A stretch of DNA of 64,000 nucleotides from a virus (taxonomy: Duplodnaviria > Caudoviricetes): the IMG/VR virus record IMGVR_UViG_3300025674_000014. One strand, 5' to 3'. The translations under genes were made by a program, and so were the position numbers. The stretch's first letter is position 1, and the number at the start of each line of letters is the position of its first letter. Below, piece by piece: positions 62,985-64,000 of the stretch. The notes under the pieces are model-generated. The model saw only the letters and a list, made by a program, of their open reading frames with translations. It was not told the DNA's origin and searched no databases.

Positions 62985-64000
62985 TCATTTCAACCGCTCA
63001 ATAAAATGTTCTGGTAGTTTATCCTTATTCTTTAGCAATAATTTGCGTGCTTTACCATCAATTACATATGTAACCGAGTAATCTGCTTTAGATCTAGTGC
63101 ATCTACCGGTAGTCTGAATGAATGCACTTAATGTCTTTTGTTGATACCAATCAGGATCTAAATCAGCCATTTTCTTAATACGTTTATTACCAAGAGGCGG
63201 GAATGGGGTTTTGACAATAATTTGAAATCTACCTTTATCACCGTTCAAATCTGTACCAAACGTTAATGATGGTGATACTAATACGGTAGGTTTATCGGTA
63301 GAAAAATGTTCTTCTAATATCTTTTCATTATTAGCTGCTTCTTCTCTAAATAGAAACCTATCACCTTTAAGTTTCTTTTGTAGGTATTTACAAATATCTA
63401 ATGAATGGGTATGTATAATACCTTTCTCATCTGGGTGATTATCACATAATGCTTGACAGTATCTTGCTATCTTAGGTAAGTTTTGCTCCAAGTTACTATA
63501 ATTTAACTCAGGTTTAGTCATTAGATAGATAGGAGATTTAGCAGGGTCAAATGCTGATGGGGTCTCTATATATTTGTAACGTTTAATACCCAATGTTTTA
63601 GCATATGAAGCATGATCAGTTATAGTAGCTGACATTAGCAATATATTATCACCGTAATCAAACAAACTACTGGCTAGATTATTAACTTTCAATGGAGTGA
63701 AACTAACACCATTCTTAGCAAAATCGACAATATACTCGCATTTATGCCAAGTTTGTTCTACAGTTGATAGATTACCATGCAGATTACGTAGATACTTAAG
63801 TCTAGCTGCTTCTGGTTGCGATATTGTTATAATCTTATTGTTATTCTTACCCGTAAGGGATTCAATCGTCTCCGTAATATTGAAAATAAGATTAGTAAGC
63901 CATCTATATTGTACATCATACTTATCTGACTTAAGAACTGAATGCTCAACATTATTGAGATTAAGACGTGTATAATCAATATGTGCACTAAATCGTCTCA
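62985..64000 (-). CDS. DinG/XPD-family helicase, 5'-truncated by the window edge
   Basis: LLMSATI, KGIIHTHS, LVSPSLTFGTDL, QIIVKTPFP, QTTGRCTRSKADY; frame checked by hand and open to base 64000. Confidence 0.85.
   Translation of the reverse strand, partial: RRFSAHIDYTRLNLNNVEHSVLKSDKYDVQYRWLTNLIFNITETIESLTGKNNNKIITISQPEAARLKYLRNLHGNLSTVEQTWHKCEYIVDFAKNGVSFTPLKVNNLASSLFDYGDNILLMSATITDHASYAKTLGIKRYKYIETPSAFDPAKSPIYLMTKPELNYSNLEQNLPKIARYCQALCDNHPDEKGIIHTHSLDICKYLQKKLKGDRFLFREEAANNEKILEEHFSTDKPTVLVSPSLTFGTDLNGDKGRFQIIVKTPFPPLGNKRIKKMADLDPDWYQQKTLSAFIQTTGRCTRSKADYSVTYVIDGKARKLLLKNKDKLPEHFIERLK

Noticed and set aside
63697-63975. Plus-strand 92-aa ORF and an apparent split of the helicase gene
   Set aside because: The minus-strand helicase frame is open from 62985 to 64000, so there is no split, intron or frameshift. 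The plus ORF is its shadow.
1-64000. Stop-codon reassignment, as found in some large phages
   Set aside because: Core genes (gp20, gp6, gp44, dut) are full length under code 11, and coding density is high.
1-64000. tRNA or other structured RNA genes
   Set aside because: Intergenic gaps are mostly under 100 nt and filled by promoters or small ORFs. I recognised no cloverleaf or T-loop. A tRNAscan/Infernal run would be the definitive check.

Overview
This 64-kb window is an AT-rich, densely coding segment of a large T4-like myophage genome. Core markers include the gp20 portal, gp15 tail terminator, baseplate proteins resembling gp6/gp25/gp53/gp48/gp26 and the hub, two gp44-like clamp-loader ATPases, dUTPase, a 3TM holin and a DinG-like helicase cut by the right edge. 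The left ~22 kb is accessory: early promoter-gene cassettes, membrane micropeptides, candidate capsid-packaged internal proteins, and enzyme cargo (MotA/TolQ/ExbB-like protein, PRTase, LMW phosphatase, sulfotransferase, methyltransferases, two GT-A-like proteins, carbamoyltransferase, RadA/Sms, DUF932, nucleases). The right ~42 kb is mostly structural. Main leads: (1) a module around the portal made of a 1668-aa Thr/Pro-rich LamG protein, a translationally coupled Nal1-like trypsin protease, an almost purely Thr-rich protein and two Cys-rich proteins; (2) several mucin-like virion proteins together with a dispersed, mostly late-promoter glycan-modifying gene set; (3) pervasive leaderless architecture (TAAATA-N5-7-start late, TAnnnT-N6-ATG early); (4) a twin-arginine motif right behind a predicted prohead-protease site; (5) two tandem clamp-loader paralogues with different promoter classes; (6) a solo ExbB-like gene. 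I saw no tRNA, rRNA, CRISPR array or integrase. All family assignments come from motif recognition by eye, not database searches.
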